DNA of 64,000 nucleotides from Raillietiella orientalis (Eukaryota): NCBI GenBank assembly GCA_036172245.1, contig JAYWIR010000005.1, positions 4,650,001 to 4,714,000 of the forward strand, read 5' to 3'. Shown piece by piece: positions 51,800 to 64,000 of this stretch (position 1 is its first letter; each line of letters starts with the position of its first letter). The notes under the pieces were generated by a model. It saw only the letters and a program-made list of their open reading frames with translations, ran no database searches and was not told where the DNA came from. The position numbers and the translations under genes were made by a program.

Positions 51800-53900
51800 G
51801 TGAAATAGAGCATCCGAATCCGTTCTGATTATCCCTCGCATCCATTCCGAATATCGTCGCACAAGAAGAGCGGCTTATCTCGACATTTTGCCCAACACTT
51901 TTACCAACGAAGGAAGAAGTTCCGTGGAAGAACAGGTTTGGTTTCATCTCGAAGAGCTTCCTACATTTTGCTGATTCCACACGGCACGACGGTCATCCAT
52001 CGGGCGGATTTCTTGTGCGATGAGGCCTTCGCTCGTTCTGGTTTTCTGTTGCACCGCCTCATGACATGCCAGCGCGGTCGAGCGATTCCTTAAGGCGATC
52101 AGCTGGACGAGTGCCCTCACGGAACATGTGCACGAGATAACCACTCGATAAATTTCGGCTTCTGCTAGGAATCTTCGAGAAGATCCTGACGTGGGAGCTC
52201 GTCCCGCTTACGGCCCCGGTTTCCCCCCCCTACACGGTCTCTGCTCGTTCCTGGGGGGTTCGTCCACGACCCTTAAAAATCTTCCGGAACACTCTCTGGA
52301 ATGATTCCCAAAAATTCCTTTGTACGCGTCCCTTTGGGAATTCTCTTCAGAGTAGGAAACGGGGGCGGATCCTCTCCAGGTTCCCTTCGGAGAAGAAATG
52401 AGAAGTGACCCCCGCAGGGGGTCCCTCCGGAGAGAACAAGGAAGAGGTTCCCTTCAGGATTCTCTACCCCCCCACCCCCACTCTCAAAATAAAATTCTGT
52501 GGGTCCGTTCGGTAGAACTGAGTCTTTACCTCGTCGAAACCCCCCCGAACGGCGGCAGCCCCCACCGGATCGCTGGAAGTCCACCAGACGCGGCCTTGCT
52601 TTCGCACAAGAGGAGGGTGTGCTGCGTGCAATGTGCGGGGTCCCGAGCTCGGGAGGACCTGGTGGAGCTGAGTAAGGGAGCCCCTTTCCCCCTCCCCCTG
52701 CCCTCTTCGGATGGTCTCTCGCGTCATGCGCCTAGGGCGTCTCTCTTCCCGCAGGATCGAGGCGCACGCCTTGCTGAGCTCCGCGATCCCAGCGCGGCTT
52801 CTCCTCCTCCTCTCCGCCTTTCTTTCCTTCGGTCTGCGGATCCTCTCCGCCACTTGGTTCACTTCTCAGAAATTGAGAGCTCGGTGGCAGCCCTGGAGGA
52901 TTCGCGACTGCCGGGCGCCCTTCGGGATGCCGAGTCCTCCTCCTGAGGGACCCGGCGAGCCGAAGAACCGCATGCTGGAGAAGGGGGGCGTTCGGATCGC
53001 ACCCTCTATTATCCCTGGTCTCGGGTGTTTGATGCCGGGAACTGATCCTTAGCTTCTTGGGCAGCTTGCAGAGCTAGTGGGGCGGAACTACAAGCAGGCG
53101 AAGTCCTCTGCCATCCTTGCAGTTTTCTGCAAATTCGGTAGGGATTATCTGCTCAGCCACCCACTCCCTCCTTGGATTCTTGCATCATTTAGAGCCCTTC
53201 CCACCTGCGAATGCGTGGGCACTCATTGACTGTTCCTCCGCTTGGCCAGGAATGTGATCTGTCTGACATATTTTCGGGTGCTTCTTGCGTTGGCTCGATT
53301 GCATTCCAATGCTGAGGTTTCCCTCAAGGCTGCCGGCTGGCGCCATAAAATGATCGCCGTCGGTGGTTTCCTGTTCCTCACGTAGGTGTTTCGCGAAAGA
53401 ATTGGGGAGAGAGCAGTTCCAGGTGGTGTTGTGGAACCGTGGCTTCGCGTAGAACATACCCTCAGCACGCCGGTTTGGCAGCAGTGGCGCGACGGGCGGA
53501 CTCTTCCGGCCGATTCTTCAGCATCTTCCCAAAGATTCTCGCGCGTGCCCGTTTCGATCCGGGGGTATTGACTGGAAGCGCCAAGGTGGTCATCAGCGGA
53601 TTGAAACCAACGTTTGTCAGCCCTGGGGACGGTCCTCGGTGATTGCGCGCCCGAAAAAGGTTCCGAAAAATACATTCGTTCTCCCCCTTCCCCTTCAAGG
53701 CTAAACCTTCCGTTGCTCGGGGCAACGTCCATTTCCAGCCGCCTCTTCCGCCGCCTTGGGTTTCCTCAGAGGCTGTTGGTGATCGGATGCATTCGCAAGT
53801 TCCAGTTCATGGTACTGGGTAAAATCCCGGGTCCAGTCAGGCTCGGAAGGGTGCCAAGCGCTCTTGGACTCTCTTACCGACAGCGGGACCACTTCGCCGC
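51800..53900 (-). mobile_element. Decayed copia RT-RNaseH fragment, split by repeat copy 2
   Basis: RT-like segments at 53580-53840 are WTRDFTQYHELE, MDVAPSNG...ERMYFSEP and GLTNVGF. RNaseH-like segments at 51850-52140 are VQLIALRNRSTALACHEAV and FVGKSVGQNVEI. Confidence 0.4.
52172..53025 (-). repeat. ~0.9 kb GC-rich dispersed repeat, copy 2 (inverted relative to 925-1842)
   Basis: Collinear reverse-complement match to 925-1842. It also shows as near-identical spurious translations (CRAPFGMPSPPPEGPGEP vs CQAPFGIPSPPPEGPGEP). Confidence 0.9.
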
Positions 53901-55899
53901 TCGTCCGACGCCGCTTCCCGGCCCGCGAATGTTACGCGCACCTGCGTCGTGACCTCCCTTCCCCTCCCTTTGGTTTTTGTTCCGCTTCTGCCTCCCGTGA
54001 GCGCGAACACCGGGGGGGGCTGTTTACGTGGGTACACCCCGGTGCTGCGACAGGGAAGGCGAGCTCGGCGGAGAGGGGAGGAGACACGGCCGCTCCTTCG
54101 AGTTCATTGTATTCGAAACGATTACGTTGTAATACTCCGGAAGTAGCCGACGCGGCGGGCAGGTGGCAGCAGAGTCGAAAGACCGACCCAAACGGGGCGC
54201 GCGGGGTGCAGCGGCCAGATCGAACGCCGTGCGGCCCGGGTCGGAGTAGGTAGGTCCTCCTGGGCGCAGAGTGGGCGGCTTTGCAGAATGAAAGATGGCA
54301 GGGAAAGAAGAGGAGGACAAGGGGGTACGAGCTCCCCGGACCGGAAGGGCGGAAAGAGGAAGAAAAAGCGGCAGCCGGAAGCTTCCCGTCATCCTCCCAC
54401 CCGTTCGGCCTCCCGTTCCGGATGCTGCGCCTCCTCCCAACGCGTCTCGGAAAAGAGCCCTCCTCTGCGCGCTGCTGTCCTTCCCCCCTCTCTCTCCCTA
54501 GCAGCGGAAACTCCAGGAGCCCGTGGAGGACTTTCCAGAGCTTCCGGAAAGGTTCCCTTCCTGGGGCTGGTCTGGAAGGCCGGGGATGGGTGGAGACAGA
54601 GGAGACCTCTGCTCTTGGGTGAAGGAGCCTCTTCTGGGTGGGGTGAGATCAAGCGAGCGGTGGCAGCGCCTGGGAGCTCACGTGACCCTTGGTCCGGTAG
54701 AGACCGAAAGGAGGTCGCTTCCTTCCTCTAGAGGGGGCTGCTGGTGTGACTCTCGGTCCCAGGGGCAGGGGCGCTCTTTCCAGGAAGGGATCGGGTGAGG
54801 AGGAGGGTTGCTGGAAGCACGGGGAGGGAGGACGCGAAATGGAAGAGCGGGGCGAGGAAAGAAAAAGGAGCGGCAGATGGGGTCACTTCCGGAGTGGTCT
54901 CCTGCTGGCGGCGGGCGCGGTCCCTGGAAACGTGCGGGCGCGAAGCGGAAGCGCGAAGACCCAGAGGTCATCCGAGCGGCGCCGGGAGGCGCGCTGGGGG
55001 TGGGGAGGGAAGGCGGGGTCCTCGAGGTCGCAAGGGATCCGCCGGAAGGGGCGCGCGGGGTCGCCAGCTGCTCCAGAGGGACGCTCCCTGCTCCTCCCTC
55101 CTTCCGAGCCAGCGCTCGCGCGGATCCACTGACGGAGGCGCTGACCGGGCGCCCGGGGCGGAGGTCCCGGTCGAGTGGACCACCTGCGCGTCCCTGGAAA
55201 AACAGCACGCCGAGGAAGCTGGCTGCCCCTCCGTCCTCTCTGCGTGTCCCCCTCCACTTCCCTCCCTTGCCGCGCCTCCGCCGCACGGGTCGGTGCGGAC
55301 GCGCGGTGACCCCGCCGCCGCCTTCACGGTGCGTTGAGCTCTCGCCGGAGGGCGGCTGAATGCCGCAGCCACGGGCACGTGCGCGCGCGTCTCCCCTCGC
55401 CTTCCGGAAGGGGGAGGGAGGGAGAGAGAGAGAGAGGGACGGGGGTGTGTGGAGCGCGCAGGAAGCTTCGGCGGCCGCTCAGGCGAAAACGGGCGGCGCC
55501 GCGGGCCCGGAGGCGGTCGGCGCCTCCCGTTTCCGCCTCCCGCCTGGACCTCCGCGGCCGCGGCGGGGGAGAAGCGTGCGTCCCCCCTTTTTCTTCCAAG
55601 CAATAAGGGAAGGGGAAACCTGGGGGGCTGGGAGCGACCCGGAAAGGAAGGGACGATGGACGAGGGATCGAGGGAGGGGCGACCCCCGGGAGGGGATTGC
55701 AGGGGGCTCTTCGCCTTCCTCTGGGCGCACGCCGCCTGGAGTCGGATGTGTTCCCTAAGGAAGAGGAGGAAACTTCCCCTCCTCCTTCTGCACCTTGAGA
55801 AAAGCAAAGAAAAGATAGCGGCGCCGTTAGAGGGAGGCGCTTGCAAACGCCACCATCAGCAACGGCGGTCACGACGGAAGACTGCGGGATGTGAAGTGG

Positions 55900-58650
55900 C
55901 GGGGAGGATCTAGGAGGCAGCCTTACCAGTAGATGGTCCCGCCAGACTGCCTTTGGGGACGGGGGAAGGGCTTCCGCCTCCTGCTCTCCAGGCAGCAACA
56001 CGGAAAAGACCGGAGGCAGTCCACGCACGCTGCAGCGTCGCCGCCGTCCAAGCGCTCAGGGTCGAAGGCTGCAAGAAAGCCGCGTCCTCGCTGGGAGGTG
56101 TGCTGAGCAGGGGGGCGGGTCGACTCCTGGCCATGTCCCCGACGAGAATGTCCTCCTCCTCTTGCCCTTCCCTCGGGCAATGCCCACCCTCCGCCGAAAG
56201 AACTCGCGCGGAACCTCCGCGTCGCGGACTCTTGCAGGTAAGGAGAGTGGGCGGGCAGACCGGGCGGCCCCTCGGAACGCGCACCGAAAGCCATCATCCC
56301 ATCGGCTCGAATCCCCTTCCTCCTCCTCATCCTCCTTTCTCCCGGACCGGAGACTTAAGGATTCCTCTGGGGGGAGAAGGGTGGTGATGTCCTTGCACTG
56401 GTGATGTCCATCTCCGGGAAGCGCGAGCGACGGAAGGTCGCCGCCGCCTTCCTTCGGAGGATGCTACAGCAGCGCCTCCTGCGGGCTCCTCGCGGCGCTC
56501 CCACCAGAGGAGGAGGCGTCAGGGAAGCTCTCGGTGGGGAAAGGTGGGGAGGGCGCAGAGGCGCAGGAGAGATCTCGCAGGGGAGCTGCGGTCGCTGCTC
56601 TTCCGCCCCTCTCGGCACCAGCCGCAACCTCGGGATCTCCGCGGCGCCTCCGCTCGTTTCGACCGGTTTGGCTGCCCACCCGAGCGGGACTTCCGGGGGC
56701 GGGGAGGACGCACGCGGGCGCGCATGTGCGCGTCTCTCTGGAGAGGGCCTTCTCGCCGCGGGCTGCGAGCGGCTGCCCTGCCCTTCTGCAGCAGCAGCAG
56801 AAGAAGAAGCAGCAGCCGTGGCCCCATCCGCCCTCTGCCATCGAGCCGAGGAACGGCGGTCGAGGACAAGAGGGAGAGAGACGCGGGGCTGGGAGCGGTC
56901 AGGTACCTGGCCCTGCAGCTGGGACCTCTCTCGCCAGGAAGGAGAAGCGGCTGCAGCGGCAGCCTCGAGGAAAGCTCCTTTTGGTTCCATCCTCCCCGGC
57001 ACATCTCCCGTCCAGCCGGCCGGCAGCTCGGCCACCATGTTGTTTTTTCCCTCCGCGGCGGCCACCGCGCGGAGCGCGCCCTTCCGTTCGGAGGACGTGG
57101 CGCTGCCGAGGGAGGCAACGGGCGGTTGCGCGGCTCGGAAAGGAGACCGCGGCGCGCCCGCTCACCCACGGTTCGGGTCAGTGGGGTTCGCTCTCAGCCA
57201 GGAGACGGCTTTCGGAAAGAATACTTGACTCACGAAGCCACAGAGCTCGCCGTCGCCCTTTCCACCGGTCAGGCAGGACCCCGGAGGTGCTTTTGCCACT
57301 CCCCTTCGTCTGGACCGGCCTTCGCTCTTGGTTCAGCGACGGGAAATCTGCGACTGAGGGGGTGTCTCCAAGGAGGCCGAGCTGGATCCAGAACTTCCTT
57401 GCCAGGGAGATACGGTGGAACCTAGCAACGCCTCTGGGATCTTTGGCAAAGAGGTGGACCGAAGATCTTGAAACTCCCGGGAATGCCTGCTTTGTCGTCG
57501 GGAGTACCCAATGATGCTCTTTTCTGGAACGTGACCAGGAAGATACACCTCCGGTGTGCTGGCGGTACGAGGAAGGGGGGTAGGGGAGGGAGAGTCGGAC
57601 AGGATGGAGGATCAGCTCGAGGCACTCCACTTTAGTTGGGTGGGACCACGCTCTGGCCTGACCAGGACCGTCGACAAGGTGCGCATGGACTCGGTCAAGC
57701 AGGTGCCACGAAGATGAAATGTACTCGAAAGGGTGGCGCATCACCCCTTTCGAAGCGTTCCGGAATAGCCACGTTGGGTGGTTCCACGTGACGCGCGCAC
57801 CGGTTCTTCCCGGAACCTCCACTGTCTAGTGGTCCAGGTATAAAAAAAGTGGTTTCTCTAAAGCGGAATACGACGACATGGAAATTATTTTGAACGTCCG
57901 CGTTTAAGAATCCTCAGCGGAGTACGAAGCACCCGCAAAGGTCAGACCCCAAGTCTCGAGGCTCAGGAGGTCGAAGGTTGGTCGCTAGCTTTCGGAAAAT
58001 GGCTCCTGCGAACCCATGGGTCGCTGCCACCGAGAAGCGCGACGGACGTCCGCTGATCGACCGCGCCGCCTTCCAAGGGGAACCCACCGTGGCTTCTCCG
58101 CTTTGGGAGTTTCCACGCATCCGCCAGGCGGCCTCGCTGAATTCCCGCTCCGGCGGCGAGGGATCCGGGAGGAAGCTGTGAAGACGGAGTGGGCGCGAGC
58201 AGCTTCTCCCTCTCTCTTTTTGCGCTTTCGGAATCCCATGAGTGCCCACATTCATCCAGGAGACCACCTGGTCCGCCTGCCTGAGCCGTGTGAAGTGCGC
58301 CGAGGACCCTTCTCGCTCCTGCCCTTTTGTTTGGAGGCTCAGAGTGCGAATTCCTGTCTTTCGGACACCTGCAACTGCGGCGGATCCACAATTGCACGGG
58401 AGACCTACGATGCGATCGCCCGCTTTCACACACTCATTCTTTCGACGACCTACTTTTTCATCTGCGACTCGACATTTCAGCCCCTTCCGTGTTGATCCGA
58501 GGGACACGTCCACCTTGGACCGGCGACCGACATCCTCGGCCCTTCTTACACTGAGAAGCCCGGAGCTTTTCGTGATCCTCTCTCCCTTTTCGAGGGACAG
58601 CTCAAAGGAAGGAAGAGACCCTGGCTGCGCATAAGCTTTTTCCAAAAGGC
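55900..58650 (-). mobile_element. Decayed, very GC-rich Ty3/gypsy pol remnant (RT-RNaseH-integrase order)
   Basis: RT-like segments at 57960-58440 are ECVKAG...AVAGVRKTG, GTHGIPKAQKERGRSCSRPLRLHSFL and AIFRKLATNLRP. EGKNNMVAE (~57030-57055) resembles the RNaseH end. CVDCLRSFPCC (~55995-56030) resembles the HHCC finger. Confidence 0.45.
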
Positions 58651-61600
58651 GTGCGGGTGTTTATCGCTCTCTCTCCTGACCTCAGGTGACCTTCCCAGTC
58701 CCCCTCCCCTCCCTCAAATCGGTCTTGCTCTGGAGTCCGACTCTCGAAGGAAGACCACGGTCTTTCGCTGCTGAGAATTCTCTGCAGAATCTTTCCGAGA
58801 TCAACGATGGAGCGAACGCCGCAGCTATGGTCACTTCTGGAAGGCTCGCTCGCGAACGGGGGCCAGCCCAAGATGAAATGACGAAGGAAAACAAAAAAGA
58901 AAGAAAGAGGAAGAGCATGAAACCGAAAATGACAAAACGAAGAAGCTTCCTCACTCAGGGAGATGCTGCTTTCACCATTTCCACTGTCTCTCAGACATTA
59001 CGTAATTAATTTTCCTTCTGCAAGGAATGTCTGCGATTTAGTGCTGGACCATTGCTTCAGGATACTTGCAGGGAATATGAGATGGTAGCATCTTGCAAAT
59101 AGGTCCTTCCTCCTCATCTTCAATGGGACCCGCAGTTCTAATCTCGAAAATGAATCTTCTATGATGCTTTCGCATCTTAAGATGATCTTTAAGTGGGAAT
59201 TTTCAATGATTAACTCTTCGTTCCCACGATTCCCTGTTTGAAAGCATCGTTTTCATCACATAATTTCGGGGATGCAACTTCCTTTACCGAGTGATAGCCT
59301 CTCCTGACCATTGTAAACTCAACCTAAGCCTTTTGAAATTCGTGATTTGTTCCCATTTCTCCAGTAAGACAAATCAGATGGATCTTTATGACCTGCTCGT
59401 GAACTTCCACTCTTCTTTCGTCTAGGTATGGGAATAGCCTTTGACTCCAATTAGTCTTTCAGTTTCAGTTGATTATTTCCTAATTAATACCGTCCTATCA
59501 TTTTTTTTTTTTTCCTTTTGAGAACGCCATTCTTTCCAGATCAAAATTAGGGTATTCTTCCTCGCACTTCATTCCCAGTGGGTTTTTGACACGCTTCTTC
59601 CTCGGGTTGGGGGGTTTCACTTCATGTGGGTTCGAACAGCGACTACGCTTCATCAGTGTGGGTGACGGCGGCGACTCATGGCTGCATATCTGCAAAGCGA
59701 AAAGAATGTCGTTAGCTTTTCCTGTTACTTCGGGATCACTGCAATCCCTGTAAGGTGATCAACACTGTGCCCACCTATGCGGATCAACTGCCAGCCTGCG
59801 ACTCCAAAGGCTTCGAAAGCTGGGCCTCTCAGCTTTTCTGCCTTACGTTGAGCAAGGCTGAGCAGAATTCTGATTAAAAGAGTCGAAAGGGGATTGCTCC
59901 AGCTTCGTGAAAATCTTTCTTGATGCTTCAACTGATGTCAACTCGAATTAAAACCTGAGATTTGCATTCTAATCACATCTGCGATAAGGATCTAATCTTT
60001 CGTGGTCGCTCTGGGAGTTGAGAGTGTGCCAATATTTCCTCTCGGAAAAACCACTTTCACAAGATCCGATCCACAAGAGATACAATCCTCTTGAGAATGA
60101 GATGCGTTCGGTGGTGAGTGTATCCGGAAAGGCTCCATCAAGATCGCAGAAAAGCCCTCTTTTGATAATGCGTTCATTTCAAAATATGCAATTATGAAGG
60201 TGAAGCGAATCTGGCAAGTTCAAACGAAGAGTTATTGTTCTTTCAAGGCGGGGAAACAGCCATTTCTGCAGACACTGAACAAAAGTCCTCCAAAAGGCAC
60301 GAGTGCAATTACTTGAAGCAGCGAAACACACGTCTGGAGTTCCAGGGAACCAGCCATTGGGTAGAAGGGGCAGCAAACAACCCTCGAGTTGGTATAAAAT
60401 TAATCTGAAGAGAAGAGGAGAGGAATCGTGTGGAAGGCGGAAAGGACTTTCCCTCCCAAGTAGAAAATTAGCGAGTCACATGCTCCATTTCATTCGAATA
60501 CTTTAAACGCCTATGGCTTAACAGGTGTCTAAGTATTAACACGAAAGCATTTCAAAAAAGATACAAGAAGGAACCCACTTGGAGCAAAACGTATTGCTGA
60601 GGGCTACCAGCTCTCCATGAGGAACCGAATTTCTGCTCTCTGCAGGCTCCCAGGTATGGACACAGGGATTCACGCTGCAGTGCCCACTTCTCGTTTCGGC
60701 TCCAAAGCAACTCTCCAGAGGTTCAAGAAACTACAGTCATGTTAAAGCAGCCTACTGTGCATCTCAAGTAATGTTTTATTCATAGTTCGTTAAGATCGTT
60801 ACATGTTCAATTAGTTTAAAAAAAGCATGTCGCAACCTATGAGAATGTCCTTTGTTGAGCTGATATATATATATATATATGTATAGGTGGGACTTGCAAG
60901 TGTACAATCAGAGTAACAGCAGGCATGATTTTACAACCACTTTATGGTACGAGTTAGGTTCTATGCTCTTTCTGAAGCTTCTCCTGCTATCCCCTCAAGG
61001 GGAATGCCAGTTTCTCCGAAGCAGCAACGTTGTATTGGTCAGGCAGGTCCTCGGCTGATCACCATGTCGCTGGATCGTCATGGTATCGGGTCATCTCCAC
61101 GTCTTCGTCAGTTCTATGCTCTTTGTGGTCCTACAGCTTCCTAAGCTTGTTTCTTTCACGTTTTGATTTTGCTTTACCTAACACGCATCTTTGCAACCGA
61201 GCATCTCGATCGCTGGTCCTCAATTCATCTTGAGCACAGTAGCTTTCAGAAGGAAAAATGCTCACGCTCATACAGAACGGGGAGGGCGTAGGGAGTGAGG
61301 TAGAAAGTCCCAGTAGGGTTATCGGCCCCTTATTTTGTCTCCATCGGGAAGCAATCACGATTGCCGAAGGATTTTCAGTTTCGATTGCAACAAGACGCCA
61401 CTTAAACCGAGCGTGATTTCTGGATGCTCGGCAGTGTTCCAGCAAGGAGTGATCCAGCAACCTTTTGCTTCCGGATGATTCCGGGTGAGAAAAGAATCAG
61501 GTGCTACACCACGTACCGAAGGTGCTCCAGAAGCTACTGCTCTTACTCTTCGAGGGTTGAACGGAAGTCGGAGGCTCGGTTCGCGTCCGGGACCAGGCGT

Positions 61601-64000
61601 GTACTTTGTCCGCTAAAAGAGGAAATGTAGCGAAAAACCGCATATCACGTACAATAGAGTGTGTACACTCTCCGGCTGTACGCGCACGATCAAATGTAAT
61701 GTGGAGACTTATAACCAACATCCGCTTGCTGGAGTCTTCAAAAGCACGCCATCGGCATCGCCAACAATCGCTGATCAACAATAGGTTGCCGGGAGGCGGT
61801 TTCTAAAAATATACCAACAATTCCGTTTCGTACACATTCCGAATAATTATATGACGACGGAACGATAAATTTAAAAGAAAAAAGAAAAAGAAATCGCATT
61901 TGCGAACAAAATCAACCGGTGGGACGATGGTGGTGTTTTCTTCACCTTCCCTTTTCGCGGCCGAGAACATCCCACGAAATTCCCGAACATCTTCGGGGCA
62001 CGGGAAGCACTCGGCATCCCAGCTCGCTCGAGTAAGGGTCCAAACGAAAGTTCCCGAGATCTGAGCAGCATCGAGTGGATCACACAGTCGGCTTCTCGCT
62101 CTATCCAGCTTACGTGGTAGATGGACACATCTATTTTTCAAAGATCCCTTACAGGTTCCGGAAACATCGGGAGAGCAATCCAGCAGCAACGTTTGCAAAC
62201 CTGGGTCGCATTTCGAAAAAAAAAAAAAAAAAAAACATTGGCAAAGGAACATATTTCAATCCCTTATATTTTAATGATACACTTAAGTGACCACGGCAAA
62301 AAAAAAAAAAAAAAGCTCATCGTTTCATCCACGTTCAGTTCGTTGATGCCAGGAATGCTTTCTTAGATCACCCAAAGCGAGATGCGGCTATGCATGTGTT
62401 GGTTCCTCAGCGTGTGGGCCTTCGAGAAACGAGTCAGGTGGAATACCTATTTTGTCCCCCTGACCGGTTGAGCCCGTGGGCCTTTGGGTGGTTCATGCTC
62501 GGCGCGTCGAGAAACCAAGGCGTCGGAAAGGTGTCCAGGAAACGCTCGAGATTCGCAAGCGGAATCTTCCTCGCGTTATTGGGCAGCAGCAGCAGCATCC
62601 GGACCGTGTTCTATTCTTTCCGTCCACTTTCCTCGCGGTCAGCAGAAGAACGATTTCCGGGCCAAGGACGAATTTCGACGAAGACTCCTTCGAAGCAACG
62701 CTTCCCCCCCAGCAATCCAAAGTTTTCTATTTATTTCTTTTGCTCCAAAGTTTCCAAATAGAAAGCGCGCATTTCACTTGTGCCTGAACACAGGCGCTTC
62801 CAAGCAACGCCAAAGCAGCAGCCGCGGAGATGTGTGCCCGTGGGGGGCGCTCATTCAATTACCTTCCCCCCCCCCGCGTCCAGAAATAACCGGCCCTGCG
62901 CGAGAAGTATTGTTATCTCTGATCCCCGGCGTCCATTGTTGGAAGGCGTTCGTGAGGCCATGTCATTATCCAGACGGGGTGGCAGCAGCACACTGGCTAT
63001 CGTGCGAGGGTGCCCTTTTTCTCCCCGTGAGTGCATCTTCCAGAGATCCTGCAGCGCGGGTGCTTAGTCTGCGAGCCTCCTCCGATGCTATCCCGGGATC
63101 CCAGTGCTGGTTTCGACGGATTTTCGGTAAAGCACATTCCGTTAGCGATGACCGGTTGAGAACACGTGAATTCGCCATCCGCACTGGTGCAGACGGTGGT
63201 CGCTGAAGGAATCCGGATACAGTAGGTGAAACTGAGAGGCCGGATGTAGGGAGATGCAAACTGATGCGTGAGTTACCCATCGCTAATTCCACTGACGATT
63301 AAATGCACAGCTTGTTAAGATTCGATCCCGTTCCCGTTTCTTTCGATTCTGGATCTTTCGGTCAGTTAAAGGGGGGGGGGAGGAAAGAAAGAAAGAAAGA
63401 AGGAAAAAAAAAGAAAAAAAGAAAAAAAACTCGCGATAAACAGAAAAATTGTTCGGCAGGCGTAGTAGGGATCAGTCTTGAGAATATGTGTCAGAACTTT
63501 TGTCCGCGAATCACGCATGATCACTCAATCACGAATCATTTCTCTCCGTGATTTATTGAGTCATCGAACTTAATATAAAAGGAAAACTTCCTGGTGTCGC
63601 AGGTTGGCGGAATCGCATTGGAGTGACCACAGTCACGCGTGATCTACCTGTTGCTGCGTCTGATTTTAATGAATTTAAAATGAATGATTCGTGAGCTGGA
63701 GTTTTTAAAAAACTCAATCACGACTCACCTTTTTTGATTTATAGAGGAGGATAATGGTCCACGTCCCTCTTAAACGCGTGACTACGATTTTCAGATTGAT
63801 TGTTATGAATGATTCAATTCAATTATGAGCTGATCATATGCTCCAAGACTGAGATTCCCCTTCTCATTAACTGAGGCATAGAGGAACTTTTCGATTTACT
63901 GTAGAAAAGGATCCAGAAACAATTAAGGGATGCTGTTCAAGTTGCTCAGTATCGATAAAGCAGCAGGAGGCTTCATTTCATTTCTGGGGGATCCAAGTGA

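Larger units (their letters stand above)
51629..54098. repeat. ~150 bp diverged inverted repeats (51629-51780 and ~53950-54098) bracketing a ~2.2 kb interior
   Basis: aaggagcggtcgtgcctcc...agctcgcc...gcagcaccggggtg...ggcagaagcggaaca matches the reverse complement of tgttccgcttctgcc...caccccggtgctgc...ggcgagct...acacggccgctcctt. Confidence 0.85.

Noticed and set aside
54024..57514. Dense overlapping 100-330 aa ORFs on both strands
   Set aside because: These are explained by stop-codon scarcity at very high GC. The ionotropic-receptor-like AFLQPSTLSAW (~56050) has no supporting neighbouring exons.
57978..58634. Plus-strand RT-like words (EKRDGRPLID, SFDDLL)
   Set aside because: The minus strand gives a more complete and correctly ordered gypsy pol series, so I treated these as chance resemblance.
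59500..61800. Possible additional gypsy RT/gag fragments on the minus strand (IGGHSVDHLTGI, FFSLCRY)
   Set aside because: Too degenerate to delimit or to separate from the neighbouring element without an HMM search.
63480..63830. Clusters of atgaatgattc/aatcacga-like words (also ~48940-49370 and ~31360-31560)
   Set aside because: Probably a degenerate low-complexity or MITE-like family, but I could not define a unit or boundaries.

Overview
This is eukaryotic (animal, most likely arthropod) nuclear DNA, not a prokaryotic window. It alternates between two kinds of domain. AT-rich islands (~9.8-24.3 kb and ~43.5-47.4 kb) carry compact housekeeping genes with mostly 41-93 nt introns: SERINC (minus), a CaaX-bearing B-type lamin (minus), RPL11 (plus) and a convergent orphan single-pass membrane ORF. 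GC-rich domains are largely heavily decayed Ty1/copia and Ty3/gypsy retrotransposons and dispersed repeats; a secreted arthropod-type CUB-domain gene (27246-40876) is spread across one of them. The most striking element is a ~1.2 kb bacterial-type segment at ~11.3-12.5 kb. It retains a sigma70-like promoter, two Shine-Dalgarno sites and an operon-like gene pair. Its main gene has two premature stops and, from memory, resembles a Wolbachia hypothetical protein, so it is a probable endosymbiont-to-host transfer. Host gene models were built by hand from GT-AG sites and conserved motifs. TE calls rest on degenerate motifs read by eye and need HMM confirmation. GC statements are visual estimates.
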